From Eledone cirrhosa (lineage: Eukaryota): a DNA stretch of 64,000 bases. The stretch covers positions 17,174,001 through 17,238,000 of the forward strand of contig OZ024758.1 of assembly GCA_964016885.1 (NCBI GenBank), written 5' to 3'. Shown here piece by piece: positions 30,563 through 43,965 of this stretch (position 1 is the first letter of the stretch; each line of letters opens with the position of its first letter). The position numbers were made by a program, and so were the translations under genes. The notes below the pieces were generated by a model that did not search any database, was not told where the DNA came from, and saw only the letters and a program-made list of their open reading frames with translations.

Positions 30563-30678
30563 ATACGATATTAAACGTTTAATATCGTAAACCTACTCCA
30601 GAAACTGTTGAGTGCTTTTATATCAGTTATAAAATATTTACTCGTTGTAACCCAACAATTTTAAATAAAACTTTTGCA
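30563..30678. mobile_element. Minimal inverted-arm + tail insertion related to H4
   Basis: 26-bp palindrome TACGATATTAAACGTTTAATATCGTA followed by an ACTCCAGAAACTGTTGAGTGCTT tail resembling 29274-29302; (TA)n flanks. Confidence 0.5.
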
Positions 30679-30727
30679 TATATATATATATATATATATA
30701 AACATATATATATATATATATATAAAC

Positions 30728-30787
<60 letters not shown>

Positions 30788-30845
30788 ATATATATATATA
30801 TATATATAAACATATATATATATAAAGATATATATATATATAAAC

Positions 30846-30876
<31 letters not shown>

Positions 30877-31367
30877 AATATAAACACATATATATATATA
30901 TAAACATATATATAAACATATATATATTTATGTATATATAAACATATATATATATACAGAGAGAGAGAGAGAGAGAGAGTGAATGAAAGAAAGAGAAAGA
31001 GAGGGTAAGAATAAGAGCTAGAGAAACTTTGATATTCATCACCTGAAGCTTAAAGTGTTTAAGTTTAAGAAGAAATCATTAATCTGTAGTGAATTGGCAG
31101 TATTGGTAGAGGGTCAGACGCCATGCTTTCTAGCATAGTTACCTCCCTTTACGATCTGAGTTCAATTCCCGCCGAGGTTGACTTTGCCTTTCATCCTTAC
31201 GGGGTCGATAAAATAAAGTACCAGTAATGCACTGGGTAATTGCTGGCCTTGTGCCTAAAGTAGAAACAATTAATCTGTATGTATATACACATTGGCCATA
31301 GCTAGAGTCTTGGAAGTGTTACATCTACTGCACAGGTATTAAGATATTCATGATACCAAATAGAAGG

Positions 31368-32222
31368 ATAATTGTTTCTACTTTTGGCACAAGGCCAGCA
31401 ATTATCCCAGTGTATTACTGGTACTTTATTTTATCGACCCCGTAAGGATGAAAGGCAAAGTAGAAAGAATTATTTTATTGACCTCGTGGGTTGGCAGTAT
31501 CGGTAGAGAGTCGGATGCCATGCGGGATTTGAACTCAGACAATAAAGGGCCGTAACTCTTTGCTGCAAAGCATGGCATCCGACTCTCTACTGATACTGCC
31601 AACCCACGAGGTCAATAAAATAATTCTTTCTACTTTTGGCACAAGGCCAGCAATTATTCCAGTGTATTACTGGTACTTTATTTTATCCACCCCGTAAGGA
31701 TGAAAGGCAAAGTTAACCTCGGCGGGATTTGAACTCAGACCATAAAGGGCCATAACTCTTTGCTGCAAAGCATGGCATCCGAATCTCTACCGATACTGCC
31801 AACCCACGAGCTCAATAAAATAATTCTTTCTACTTTTGGCACAAGGCCAGCAATTATTACAGCGTATTACTGGTACTTTATTTTATCGACCCCGTAAGGA
31901 TGAAAGGCAAAGTTAACCTCGGCGGGATTTGAACTCAGGCCATAAAGGGCCATAACTCTTTGCTGCAAAGCATGGCATCCGACTCTCTACCGATACTGCC
32001 AATCCACCAAATAGAAAGATAATTGTTTCTACTTTTGGCACAAGGCCAGCAATTATCCCAGTGTATTACTGGTACTTTATTTTATCGACCCCATAAGGAT
32101 GAAAGGCAAAGTTAACCTCAGCGGGATTTGAACTCAGACCATAAAGTGCCGTAACTCTTTGATGTAAAGCTTGGCATCCAATCTCTCTATCGATACTGCC
32201 AATCCACCAAATAGAAAGATAA
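31368..32222 (-). repeat. Tandem array of SINE S2 (~200-bp period) with an internal inversion at ~31460-31522
   Basis: TAATTCTTTCTACTTTTGGC at 31621 and 31821. 31459-31522 is the reverse complement of ~31571-31635. Confidence 0.85.
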
Positions 32223-32649
32223 TGTTTAAAAATTTAGAAAAACTAGAATTGTTTTCAACACACTGATGTGTGAATGAGTATGTTGCTATAAACTTGCAAA
32301 CACAGACACACTTACAAAAATACAAACTCACAGACATATATACACAAAAATACTCACAGACATTTGCACACAGATACACATACATTTACACAAACACACG
32401 CAAACATAGATGCATTTACACAAACACACACATACATATATTTACACAAACCAACACACGCAGACATCCACACAAACACATATATATTTAGACAAACAGA
32501 CACACATACACACATACATTTACGCAAACACATATACATTTACACAAATACACACACATACAAACATTCACACAAACACACACACACATACATTTACACA
32601 AACATGCACACAAACATACATTTAGACAAACACACACACATACACTCAC

Positions 32650-32990
32650 ACAGTGTAGCAAATGGGATGGGAGCCACTGTTTTGATATAGTTTTTTCACC
32701 ACCTCCTTCCTTCCTTTTACACAAATACACACACACATACATCTACAAAAACAGCGTAGCAAATGGAACGCAGGTTACTCTATGGTTTTTTCTATAGTTT
32801 TTAACCATCCCTCCTTCCTTTTACATACAAATACCCTCACACAGAGCGTAGCAAATGAAACGCCAGGCGCTGTTTTGTCATAGCTTTTTTCACCATCCCC
32901 TTCCTTACTTTTATACACACATACATTCACACAAAGGCGCACACACATTGATATGACGGACGGACGGAAGTCGCTCAAATTTATATATCA
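32650..32990 (+). repeat. Three degenerate ~90-100-bp repeats ending in GACGGACGGACGG...TTTATATAT (possible Helentron/HINE-like remnant)
   Basis: ACAG(T/C)GTAGCAAATG...TAGTTTTTT(C)ACCA..CC recurs at ~32650, 32750 and 32840. Confidence 0.4.
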
Positions 32991-33517
32991 AGGGCAGTGC
33001 CCTGGCATGGACTCAGTCAGATGGCTGGAACAGGTAAAAGAGTAAAAAAAGGTAATAGATAAAATAAGTTGTTAGTCAAATAGATACAAGGATCAGTTGA
33101 AAAAGAAATTCATAGGCTAAGAAGGAGTGATGCTAGAGCTGTGAAATCTTGCATGCATTAATTTCAACTATTTTTATTAATAACTGCATCGTTTTCTTTC
33201 CAGGGACTATTTTGAAAAATAAACCTTTTTCAGTGATTCGAAATAAGGTTTTTTTTGTGTAATGGATGGACAGAAGTTGTTCAAATTTATATAGAATATT
33301 CTTGCATTTAAAAGGCATCTTTGGTGTTAGTAGTAGTCACAGACTTCGAAAGGTGTTGAAATAATCAATTGGTTTCTGAATGATAAAGTGAGAATAGTTT
33401 TCTCATTTTTCCTATTTATTTTATTTTATTCTTGATTGTTTCTTTTTTGTTTTTCTTTTTGTTTTTGTTTGTTTTAGTTCATTGTTTTTAACTTTTTATT
33501 ATTATTATATATATATA

Positions 33518-33583
<66 letters not shown>

Positions 33584-34474
33584 TTTGTTTTTGGCTAAAA
33601 ATAATTTTTCCTTGATAGAAGGAGCCAACATTAATTATTTCAAAAATGTAAAAGACATAATGAACAACAACAACAACAACAACAAATAAAAACACAAAAA
33701 TAAGAATGACAACAACAATAAGTGATAGTAGAAGAAGAAAAAGAAGACAAGAAAAAGAGGAAGGTGAAGAAAAAGAAGAAGAAGAAGAAGATAATAATAC
33801 AAATATATTAATGATGATAATACCATAAATAGATAAATAAATAAATAAAATAAATAAAAAAGTAAAAAAAAAATACAAATAATTTCGAAAGAAAATAGCA
33901 AAAAATAATAGATTTTGTTGGGTTTTCATTATTTATTTTTGGGACGAGGGAGTAGGGAGAGTTTAAAAAAAAAAGATTTTTGTATTTAATTTTTTTTCTT
34001 TGAAAAATATATTATTTGGTAGTATTTATTTTTGTCAGTTGCTGTTTGAGTGAAGGAATATGCTTGGAATAATAATAGAATTACCCCCCAAAAAATAAAA
34101 TACATTTGTGTAAAACAAGAGAAGATGTTGATATACTGTAAAAGAAACAGTAAATGGAACAAAAGAAGAAAAATATAATGATGACAACAACAACAGCAAT
34201 ATATTTAGTATTTTCTTTTCCTATCAAAGTACAATTATTCAGAATCAATGAAAAACACAGCTTCATACATACACACACACATATATATATATATATTTAT
34301 ATATATATATATATACACATAACATACACATATATCCATACATATATATATACACATAACATACACATATATCCATACATATATATATATATACACACAC
34401 ACATAACATACACATATATCCATACACATATATATATCTATATAAACACACATAACATACACATATATCCATAT

Positions 34475-34517
<43 letters not shown>

Positions 34518-34588
34518 ACATACACATATATCCATACACACATATATATATATATGTATATATACACACACATAGCATACACATATAT

Positions 34589-34631
<43 letters not shown>

Positions 34632-34779
34632 TAACATACTCATATATCCATATATATATATATATATATACACACACATAACATACACATATATCCATAC
34701 GCACACACACATATATATATATATACACACACACATAACATACACACATATCCATACATATATTCACACATACACATAC

Positions 34780-36900
34780 GCATACATATACACACTTATA
34801 CATACACACATATTCATACATACACATATACTCATACATGTATACTCATACATATATATACACACTTCTCCATACCTATATACACTTATACATACACACA
34901 TATTCATACATACACACATACTCATACATATATACACATACTCATACATATATATGCACACTTCTCCATACATATATACACATATACTCACACATATTCA
35001 TACATACACACATACTCATACATATATACACATACTCATACATATATATGCACACTTCTCCATACATATATACACATATACTCACACATATTCATACATA
35101 CACACATACTCATACATATATACGCATACTCATACATATATATACACACTTCTCCATACCTATATACACTTATACATACACACATATTCATACATACACA
35201 CATACTCATACATATATACGCATACTCATACATATATATATACACACTTCTCCATACCTATATACACTTATACATACACACATATTCATACATACACACA
35301 TACTCATACATATATACACATACTCATACATATATATGCACACTTCTCCATACATATATACACATATACTCACACATATTCATACATACACACATACTCA
35401 TACATATATACACATACTCATACATATATATACACACTTCTCCATACCTATATACACTTATACATACACACATATTCATACATACACACATACTCATACA
35501 TATATACGCATACTCATACATATATATACACACTTCTCCATACCTATATACACTTATACATACACACATATTCATACATACACACATACTCATACATATA
35601 TACACATACTCATACATATATATGCACACTTCTCCATACATATATACACATATACTCACACATATTCATACATACACACATACTCATACATATATACACA
35701 TACTCATACATATATATGCACACTTCTCCATACATATATACACTTATACATACACACATATTCATACATACACACATACTCATACATATATACACATACT
35801 CATACATATATATGCACACTTCTCCATACATATATACACATATACTCACACATATTCATACATACACACATACTCATACATATATACGCATACTCATACA
35901 TATATATACACACTTCTCCATACCTATATACACTTATACATACACACATATTCATACATACACACATACTCATACATATATACACATACTCATACATATA
36001 TATGCACACTTCTCCATACATATATACACATATACTCACACATATTCATACATACACACATACTCATACATATATACGCATACTCATACATATATATACA
36101 CACTTCTCCATACCTATATACACTTATACATACACACATATTCATACATACACACATACTCATACATATATACACATACTCATACATATATATGCACACT
36201 TCTCCATACATATATACACATATACTCACACATATTCATACATACACACATACTCATACATATATACGCATACTCATACATATATATACACACTTCTCCA
36301 TACCTATATACACTTATACATACACACATATTCATACATACACACATACTCATACATATATACGCATACTCATACATATATATATACACACTTCTCCATA
36401 CCTATATACACTTATACATACACACATATTCATACATACACACATACTCATACATATATACACATACTCATACATATATATGCACACTTCTCCATACATA
36501 TATACACATATACTCACACATATTCATACATACACACATACTCATACATATATACACATACTCATACATATATATACACACTTCTCCATACCTATATACA
36601 CTTATACATACACACATATTCATACATACACACATACTCATACATATATACGCATACTCATACATATATATACACACTTCTCCATACCTATATACACTTA
36701 TACATACACACATATTCATACATACACACATACTCATACATATATACGCATACTCATACATATATATATACACACTTCTCCATACCTATATACACTTATA
36801 CATACACACATATTCATACATACACACATACTCATACATATATACACATACTCATACATATATATGCACACTTCTCCATACATATATACACATATACTCA
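34780..36900. repeat. ~94-98-bp satellite (about 22 units) built from TA/CA microsatellite, with two alternating unit types
   Basis: CACTTCTCCATAC recurs every ~95 bp. Variants are ...ATACCTATATACACTTATAC and ...ATACATATATACACATATACTC. Confidence 0.92.
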
Positions 36901-36972
36901 CACATACTCATACATACACACACACACTGATACACATACACATATCCATACATATACTCATACATTCTGATA

Positions 36973-37013
<41 letters not shown>

Positions 37014-37149
37014 ATACATATCCATACATATATACACACATAATTTATTATCACCTTCACTCTTTAGCCATGACAATCTTACAGCTGCAGCTACTACACA
37101 ACTTTATGTCTCTATCAAATCCCAACTTATTGTCGGCTCCAGCCTTTTG

Positions 37150-38600
37150 CCTTCTGATTCCTGCCCTGAGCTAAGATCTGTAGTGAACTGCCTTCCTATT
37201 AAGAGTGTTTATGTTGTTATGCATGTTTGTTTTTTTTTGTCATGTTATTGTTGATGGTTATGGCAGGTCAAATATGTTCCAACAATGAACTTCCTCCCTT
37301 CTGATTCCTGCCTTGAGCTAAGATCTGTAGTGAGCTGCTTTCATATTAAGAGTGTTTATGCTGTTATGCATGTTGTTTTTTTTTTGTCATGTTATTGTTG
37401 ATGGTTATGACAGGTCAAATATGTTCCAACAATGAACTTCCTCCCTTCATGAACACCCTCCCTTCTGATTCCTGCCCTGAGCTAAGATCTGTAATGAGCT
37501 GCCTTCCTATTAAGAGTGTTTATGCTGTTATGCATGTTTGTTTTTATCATGTTATTGTTGATGGTTATGGCAGGTCAAATATGTTCCAACAATGAACTTC
37601 CTCCCTTCTGATTCCTGCCTTGAGCTAAGATCTGTAGTGAGCTGCTTTCATATTAAGAGTGTTTATGCTGTTATACATGTTGTTTTTTTTTTGTCATGTT
37701 ATTGTTGATGGTTATGACAGGTCAAATATGTTCCAACAATGAACTTCCTCCCTTCATGAACACCCTCCCTTCTGATTCCTGCCCTGAGCTAAGATCTGTA
37801 ATGAGCTGCCTTCCTATTAAGAGTGTTTATGCTGTTATGCATGTTTGTTTTTATCATGTTATTGTTGATGGTTATGGCAGGTCAAATATGTTCCAACAAT
37901 GAACTTCCTCCCTTCTGATTCCTGCCTTGAGCTAAGATCTGTAGTGAGCTGCTTTCATATTAAGAGTGTTTATGCTGTTATCCATGTTTCTTTTTTATCA
38001 TGTTATTGTTTATGGTTATGACAGGTCAAATATGTTCCAACAATGAACTTCCTCCCTTCTGATTCCTGCCTTGAGCTAAGATCTGTAGTGAGCTGCTTTC
38101 ATATTAAGAGTGTTTATGCTGTTATCCATGTTTCTTTTTTATCATGTTATTGTTTATGGTTATGACAGGTCAAATATGTTCCAACAATGAACTTCCTCCC
38201 TTCTGATTCCTACCCTGAGCTAAGATCTGTAGTGAGCTGCTTTCATATTAAGAGTGTTTATGCTGTTATCCATGTTTCTTTTTTATCATGTTATTGTTTA
38301 TGGTTATGACAGGTCAAATATATTCCAACAATGAACATTCTCCCTTCATGAACATCCTCCCTTCTGATTCCTGCCCTGAGCTAAGATCTGTAGTGAGCTG
38401 TTTTCATATTAAGAGTGTTTATGCTGTTATCCATGTTTCTTTTTTATCATATTATTGTTGATGGTTATGACAGGTCAAATATGTTCCAACAATGAACATC
38501 CTCCCTTCTGACTCCTGCCCTGAGCTAAGATCTGTTGCGAGCCTCCTTCAAATTAAGAGGGCTTGTGCTGTTATACATGTCTTTTTTATTTTATCTTGTT
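37150..38600. repeat. ~145/162-bp tandem repeat, about 10 units
   Basis: CCTTCTGATTCCTGCC(C/T)TGAGCTAAGATCTGTA recurs. A 307-bp dimer (37389 vs 37696) is near-identical. A degenerate unit resumes after the LINE fragment at ~38760. Confidence 0.95.
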
Positions 38601-38611
38601 ATTCTTTTTCT

Positions 38612-38762
38612 TGGTGAGAGCAGACCTCGGATCGCTGAAGCTCACGGTGGAGATGACAAAGGACCGTGACAAGTGGAGAAATGCCGTGCTGAATAGGACC
38701 CGTCCCTCCCTTGCAAGCAGGGAAAAGCGGCTGTAAAATGATGAGGATGGTGAGGATGATGA
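38612..38762 (+). mobile_element. RTE family C 3' fragment
   Basis: Matches 58503-58640. Confidence 0.9.
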
Positions 38763-39106
38763 CATGTCAAATATATTCAAACAGTGAGCATCCAGTCTTC
38801 ATTTTAACCATTTGATACCAACCCACTTGAATTAAACCCCGGTTCTATGATACAAAACTGCTTATGTTAACCACTTAGTATTTACATTACTCTATATTTA
38901 CTATTATGTTCTGACAGTAAACACATTATTTCACATACTTATCTCACATGATATGAGGTTTTGATATTGCTTATTTTGAGAACAATACCTTAACATCAGT
39001 ACGAGTGGTTGCTTACAGCTGGTTTGAACAGAAAGCGGTCAGAGAATTCTAGCCGGATACAGCCAGTTTAAATGCTAAAGGGTTAATGTTCTTATATATA
39101 TATATA

Positions 39107-39280
39107 TACAAGGGTCAGCTGAAAGGTTCATAAGCTGACCAAGATACCCTCATGGAATGACCAAATGAGGTTTATTTTTCAACATAGTCCCTAGAGAGAA
39201 ACAATGCAGTTATTAATAAGAAGAGTTCATATGCTGACCAAGATACTCTCATGAAATGACCAAATGAGGTTTATTTTCTT
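39107..39280 (+). mobile_element. Possible Tc1/mariner terminal fragment with internal duplication
   Basis: TA|CAAGGGTCAGCTGAAAGGTTC start; GCTGACCAAGATAC..TCATG.AATGACCAAATGAGGTTTATTTT occurs twice. Confidence 0.4.
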
Positions 39281-39321
39281 TTTATATCAGCTCGTGCAAC
39301 AGAAAATAAAGATTTCATTTA

Positions 39322-39400
39322 TGATCATCAGGAATGTCTTGGACATTACTGATGATTTCAAACAATGAAACAGTACTAGTCATGTAGAATTCATTTCTAT
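39322..39400 (+). mobile_element. Degenerate H1 hammerhead element with short inverted arm
   Basis: ATCATCAGGAATGTC..GACATTACTGATGAT inverted pair, then CTGATGATTTCAAACAATGAAACAGTACTAGTCATGTAGAAT. Confidence 0.55.
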
Positions 39401-39408
39401 ATGAAACA

Positions 39409-39493
<85 letters not shown>

Positions 39494-39496
<3 letters not shown>

Positions 39497-39684
39497 AAAG
39501 AGTGTGTGGTAAGATACCAGGTGGACCATTATGCACCAGAGCACTCAATACAAAGGGTAGTAGAGTGGGTAATAGGAGAAGAGTCAGGACCCCGACGGCT
39601 GAGCTCTGGACTTTTCGACAGCTAGATCCGATCTAGCTGTTGAAACGGCTGGAGCTCAGCTGTCGGGATCCTGACTCTTTTCCT
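39494..39684. mobile_element. H2 inverted-arm element (tail on the left)
   Basis: Arms ~39574-39628 and ~39630-39684 with GAAACGGCTGGAGCTCAGCTGTC. The tail is homologous to 29838-29909. Single-arm copies lie at 8461-8511 and 48979-49035. Confidence 0.7.
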
Positions 39685-39740
39685 ATATATACATATATAT
39701 ATATATACATATATATATATACACATTTTATATATAGATG

Positions 39741-40057
39741 GAGGCACATGGCTTAGTGGTTAGAGCATTGGCCTTGCAATCGAAAGGTTGTGAGTTCAAT
39801 TCTCAGACCGGGTGATGTGTTATTTCCTTGAGCAAGACACTTTATTTCACATTGCTCCAGTTTACTCAGCTGTAGAAATGAGATGATAGGGACTGGGGTC
39901 CATATCATTCCACTGTAAAGTGGTCGTGGAGGTGCCACGGCAAAAAAAAGCACCCAGCCCTCACTGTAAATGAGGTTGGTGTTAGGAAGGGCATCCAGCT
40001 GTAGAAATCAAGCCAGAATCAGTTCCCGTCCCACCCTTGCAAGCAGGGAAAAGCGGG
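39741..40057 (+). mobile_element. tRNA-derived SINE S1, full length
   Basis: A box TGGCTTAGTGG, B box GAGTTCAATTC, family C tail. Further copies lie at 41407-41764 and 56117-56460. Confidence 0.92.
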
Positions 40058-40251
40058 CGGATGATGATGATGATGATGTCAGTATCAGTAGAGGGTCGGA
40101 CGCCATGCTTTGACGCAAAGAGTTACGTCCCTTTACGATCTGAGTTCAAATCCCACCGAGATAAACTTTGCCTTTCATCCTTACGGGGTCGATAAAATAA
40201 AGTACCAGTAATGTACTAGGTAATGGCTGGCCTTGTGCCAAAAGTAGAAAC

Positions 40252-40283
<32 letters not shown>

Positions 40284-40286
<3 letters not shown>

Positions 40287-40735
40287 GCGGAGTGGGGAGA
40301 CCCAAGATGACTTGGGATGAGGTGATAAAAGCCGACCTTACCCAACTACACCTCTCAAAGTCAATGACACACGACCGTGACTTCTGGCGTCACGCAGTAA
40401 TACAGGGTACCCGACCTCCCATGGGTACATGCTGAAGCATATAAACAATATGCCCCCCCCCCCACCGCAAGGTGGTCGTGGAGGTGCCACGGCAAAAAAG
40501 CCCCCAGCCCACACTGTAAAGTGGACGTGTAGGCGCCACGAAAAAGCACCCAGCACTCACTGTAAATGAGGTTGGTGTTAGGAAGGGCATCCAGCTGTAG
40601 AAATCAAGCCAGATCAGTTCCTGTATGAGCAAGGCATGGTCAGCCGACCAGACACTGCCCACAACAGGACAACCCGTCTAACCCATGCTAGCGTGGAAGA
40701 ACGGACGTAAAACGGTGATGATGATGATGATGATG

Positions 40736-40736
<1 letters not shown>
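40284..40736 (+). mobile_element. RTE family B 3' fragment in (TA)n
   Basis: Near-identical to 21498-21945; (TA)n on both sides. Confidence 0.92.
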
Positions 40737-40766
<30 letters not shown>

Positions 40767-41077
40767 TTATATATAGTTACTGGTTCTGATTGTTTCTCGG
40801 TATAATTTCCTTTCTAAATCAATATAAATGCTAATTCATATAGAATAAAACTTGGTTAAACAAACACATTTCTACACATTTGATATCTCATAAAACTTAA
40901 AATCATTTCCTACCACCAGTAGAACTACTTTGAGATAGAAGAAAAAAACTTCATAATAATACTTCAATTCCATTGTGCATTCTGAATTGAATTTTGAATA
41001 ACAATTAGTTGCAATTTCATCGCATAATAAGTATTGCAATGAGTTAGTTCATTCATTCTATAATTTCTTTGTCACTT

Positions 41078-41119
<42 letters not shown>

Positions 41120-42221
41120 TATTTTCATTTTCATCTAATATTTTATACAAAATATTTTTTTTTCACAAAGTGAATTCCATTTACTATTGCCAGTTCTTTA
41201 AAATATAATATATCAATTTAGTGGTATTGTTTATATAATATTGTAGCCTTATATATATTTATATATATATATACACATATATATATATATATTACACACA
41301 CATATATATATATACACACAAACTTATACATATGTATATATACCCTTTCATGCGTGCACACACACACATATATATGTATATACATATGTATATACACTCA
41401 TATATTGAGGCACATGGCTTAGTGGTTAGAGCATTGGCCTTGCAATCGAAAGGTTGTGAGTTCAATTCTCAGACCGGGTGATGTGTTATTTCCTTGAGCA
41501 AGACACTTTATTTCACATTGCTCCAGTTTACTTAGCTATAGAGTGGTCGTGGAGGTGCCACGGCAAAAAAGCACCCAGCCCACACTGTAAAGTGGACGTG
41601 TAGGTGCCACAGAGAAAAAAGCACCCAGCACTCACTGTAAATGAGGTTGGTGTTAGGAAGGGCATCCAGCTGTAGAAATCAAGCCAGAATCAGTTCTCGT
41701 CCCACCCTTGCAAGCAGGGAAAAGCGGACGTAAAATGAAATGAAGATGATGATGATGATGATGATATATATATATAACAATGTTGTCTCTGATCGAGATG
41801 AAGTGAGAGTACATTTGAATACATGTAAAAATGAGATTCCTGCAAACCATGGTGTCTGACACTCTTATTGGTAAAATAGCCTGGCTATCTAGTTTACCGT
41901 GACCAACAAAAGGCCTCTTTCTTTTAATTTAGTCATAAGTTTAGCAGATTAGATTTAGTGAACAGTTGATGAAATCAACCCCAGTTATTTGACTGATATT
42001 TCATTTAACTGACCCTGGAGAGATGAGGAGAAAATTTGACCTCAGCAGGATTTGAACTCTGGAGGTAAAAGGCCAAAATCTACCCCATTAGTTTCTTGCT
42101 GAGGTCAACTTTTCCATTCAACTTTCGAAGGTCAATAAAATAAATTCTGTGATGCAAAGCACAGTGTCTGACACTCTTACCGGCAATATAGCCTGGTAGT
42201 CTATTTTACTGGGACTGGCAA

Positions 42222-42740
42222 AGTAACCTCTTCTCTAGTCATATCCTCTTCTCTAGTCATAGCCTCTTCTCTAGTCATAGCCTCTTCTCTAGTCATAACC
42301 TCCTCTTTAGTCATAGCCTCTTCTAGAGCCTCTTCTTTAATCATAGCCTCTTCTCTAGTCATAACCTCTTCTTTAGTCATAGCCTCTTGTATAACCTCTT
42401 CTTTAGTCATAGCCTCTTCTCAAGTCATAACCTCTTCTCTAGTCATAGCCTCTTGTATAACCCCTTCTTTAGTCATAGCCACTTCTTTAGTCACCTCTTC
42501 TTTAATCATAGCCTCTTGTATAACCTCTTCTTTAGTCATAGCCACTTCTTTAGTCATAACTTCTTTTATAACCTCTTCTCTAGTCATAGCCACTTCTTTA
42601 GTCATAACTTCTTTTATAACCTCTTCTCTAGTCATAGCCACTTCTTTAGTCATAACTTCTTTTATAACCTCTTCTCTAGTCATAGCCTTTTCTTTAGTCA
42701 TACATTTAGCAGGAGTGGAAAAATAACCTCTTCTTTAGTA
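42222..42740. repeat. Minisatellite of 12/18-bp units (CTCTTCT(C/T)TAGTCATA(G/A)C)
   Basis: Visible directly; gives MTREEA/MTKEEV pseudo-ORFs. Confidence 0.9.
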
Positions 42741-43217
42741 ATAAATTTAATTAACAGATTGGAGTTAGGGAACAGTTGATAAAAATCAACCCTAGTACTT
42801 GACTGATTCTTTATTTTACTGACCCTGGAGAGTCGAGAAGAAAAATTGACCTCAGTAAGATTTGAACTCAGGAGGTAAAAGACCAAAAATCAAATACTGG
42901 AAACTATTTTATCTGAGATTTCAATGACTCTGCTAATCAACCAACTTAAACAATAAGAAGTGTAATTATATATTACAATGTTGTTAATATGATAATTCTA
43001 CTCTATAATGAGATTCTATTATATTATATTAGAAAAATAAAAGCAGAAATACAATGGAATCTGTGTAGGGTGTATGTATGTGTATGCATATGTGTGTGTG
43101 TATATGTGTACATGTGTATGTGTATAAGGGTGTGTATCTGAGTGTGTATATATGTGTGTATATATGTATGTGTATATATGTGTGTGTGTATGGATGTGTG
43201 TATATGAGTTGTATATA

Positions 43218-43253
<36 letters not shown>

Positions 43254-43410
43254 CAATATATTGAAAAGGTAACACACCAGAGAGAGATATACAGTGCGCT
43301 ATCAATAAAACAGGGAAAAAACCCCCAGTGTATGGTATTTATAACCTATGAAAGGCAGACTATAGACACGATAATTAAAAATATAAATTAAAGCATAAAT
43401 AAATACCTCT

Positions 43411-43513
43411 ATAACTATATAACACACGTACAAATCCAAAGAGATCTGTTTCACCAATAATTTGTTGACAGAAATGGAATAACCTCGGTTCATCAGCGTG
43501 TGTAAGGCTATAC
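43411..43513 (-). ncRNA. Type I hammerhead ribozyme, copy 1 (predicted cleavage 43429/43428)
   Basis: Minus strand: TATAGC ctt ACACACG-CTGATGA-ACCGA...TTGGT-GAAA-CAGATC tctttg GATTTG-TA-CGTGTGT tatata GTTATA. The core is complete, with a 7-bp stem I plus internal loop and distal helix, a 7-bp stem III and a GUA site. Confidence 0.88.
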
Positions 43514-43965
43514 ATTTCAGACAACACTAAGAGAATTTTAAAAGTGACTGTGCAGCTACACGTGGGAGAGAGAAGTCACAGCGTGTTTAAGGGCAGTGAA
43601 CCAGTGGCCTCTGAGGAGCGAGCTGCTAGAAAGGGCAGCCCAAAACCACTCAGAGAAGTGTGCCAACCAAACAGAGAGATAGGAAAGACTGTTATAAGGA
43701 GCGAAATATCACGATAAATTAATGGAGCCATAGGCCCTCGTCATTCCCTGTAAATAATGTGCTCAAAGGAGAAGAAATCCTGAGCTCTTTAAAATACAAT
43801 ATGTTGAAAAGGTAACACACCAGAGAGAGATATACAGTGCGCTATCAATAAAACAGGGAAAAAAACCACCAGTGTATGGAATCTATAACCTATGAAAGGC
43901 AGACTATAGACACGATAATTAAAAATATAAATTAAAGCGTAAATAATTACCTCTATAACTATATA

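Noticed and set aside
33225-33377. Exon with in-frame TGA (selenocysteine or read-through)
   Set aside because: No SECIS or homology evidence; chance open frame is equally likely.
34838-37043. 473-710-aa His/Thr/Tyr/Ile ORFs
   Set aside because: Translation of a CA/TA-rich satellite that lacks stop codons by composition; open in all three frames.
37150-38600. CRISPR-like regular repeats
   Set aside because: Whole units repeat with no unique spacers; eukaryotic context.
39745-39815. tRNA gene
   Set aside because: A and B boxes are present, but the cloverleaf is imperfect and continues into a SINE body and LINE tail.
42201-42779. MTREEA repeat protein
   Set aside because: Minisatellite with unit lengths divisible by 3; interrupted by a stop and no splice context.
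43610-43656. Opposite-polarity hammerhead (CTGAGGA...GAAA) in the retrozyme unit
   Set aside because: Stem II is only 2 bp with extra bases, and there is no matching NUH or stem I. An alternative CTCTGAG/CTCAGAG hairpin explains the region.
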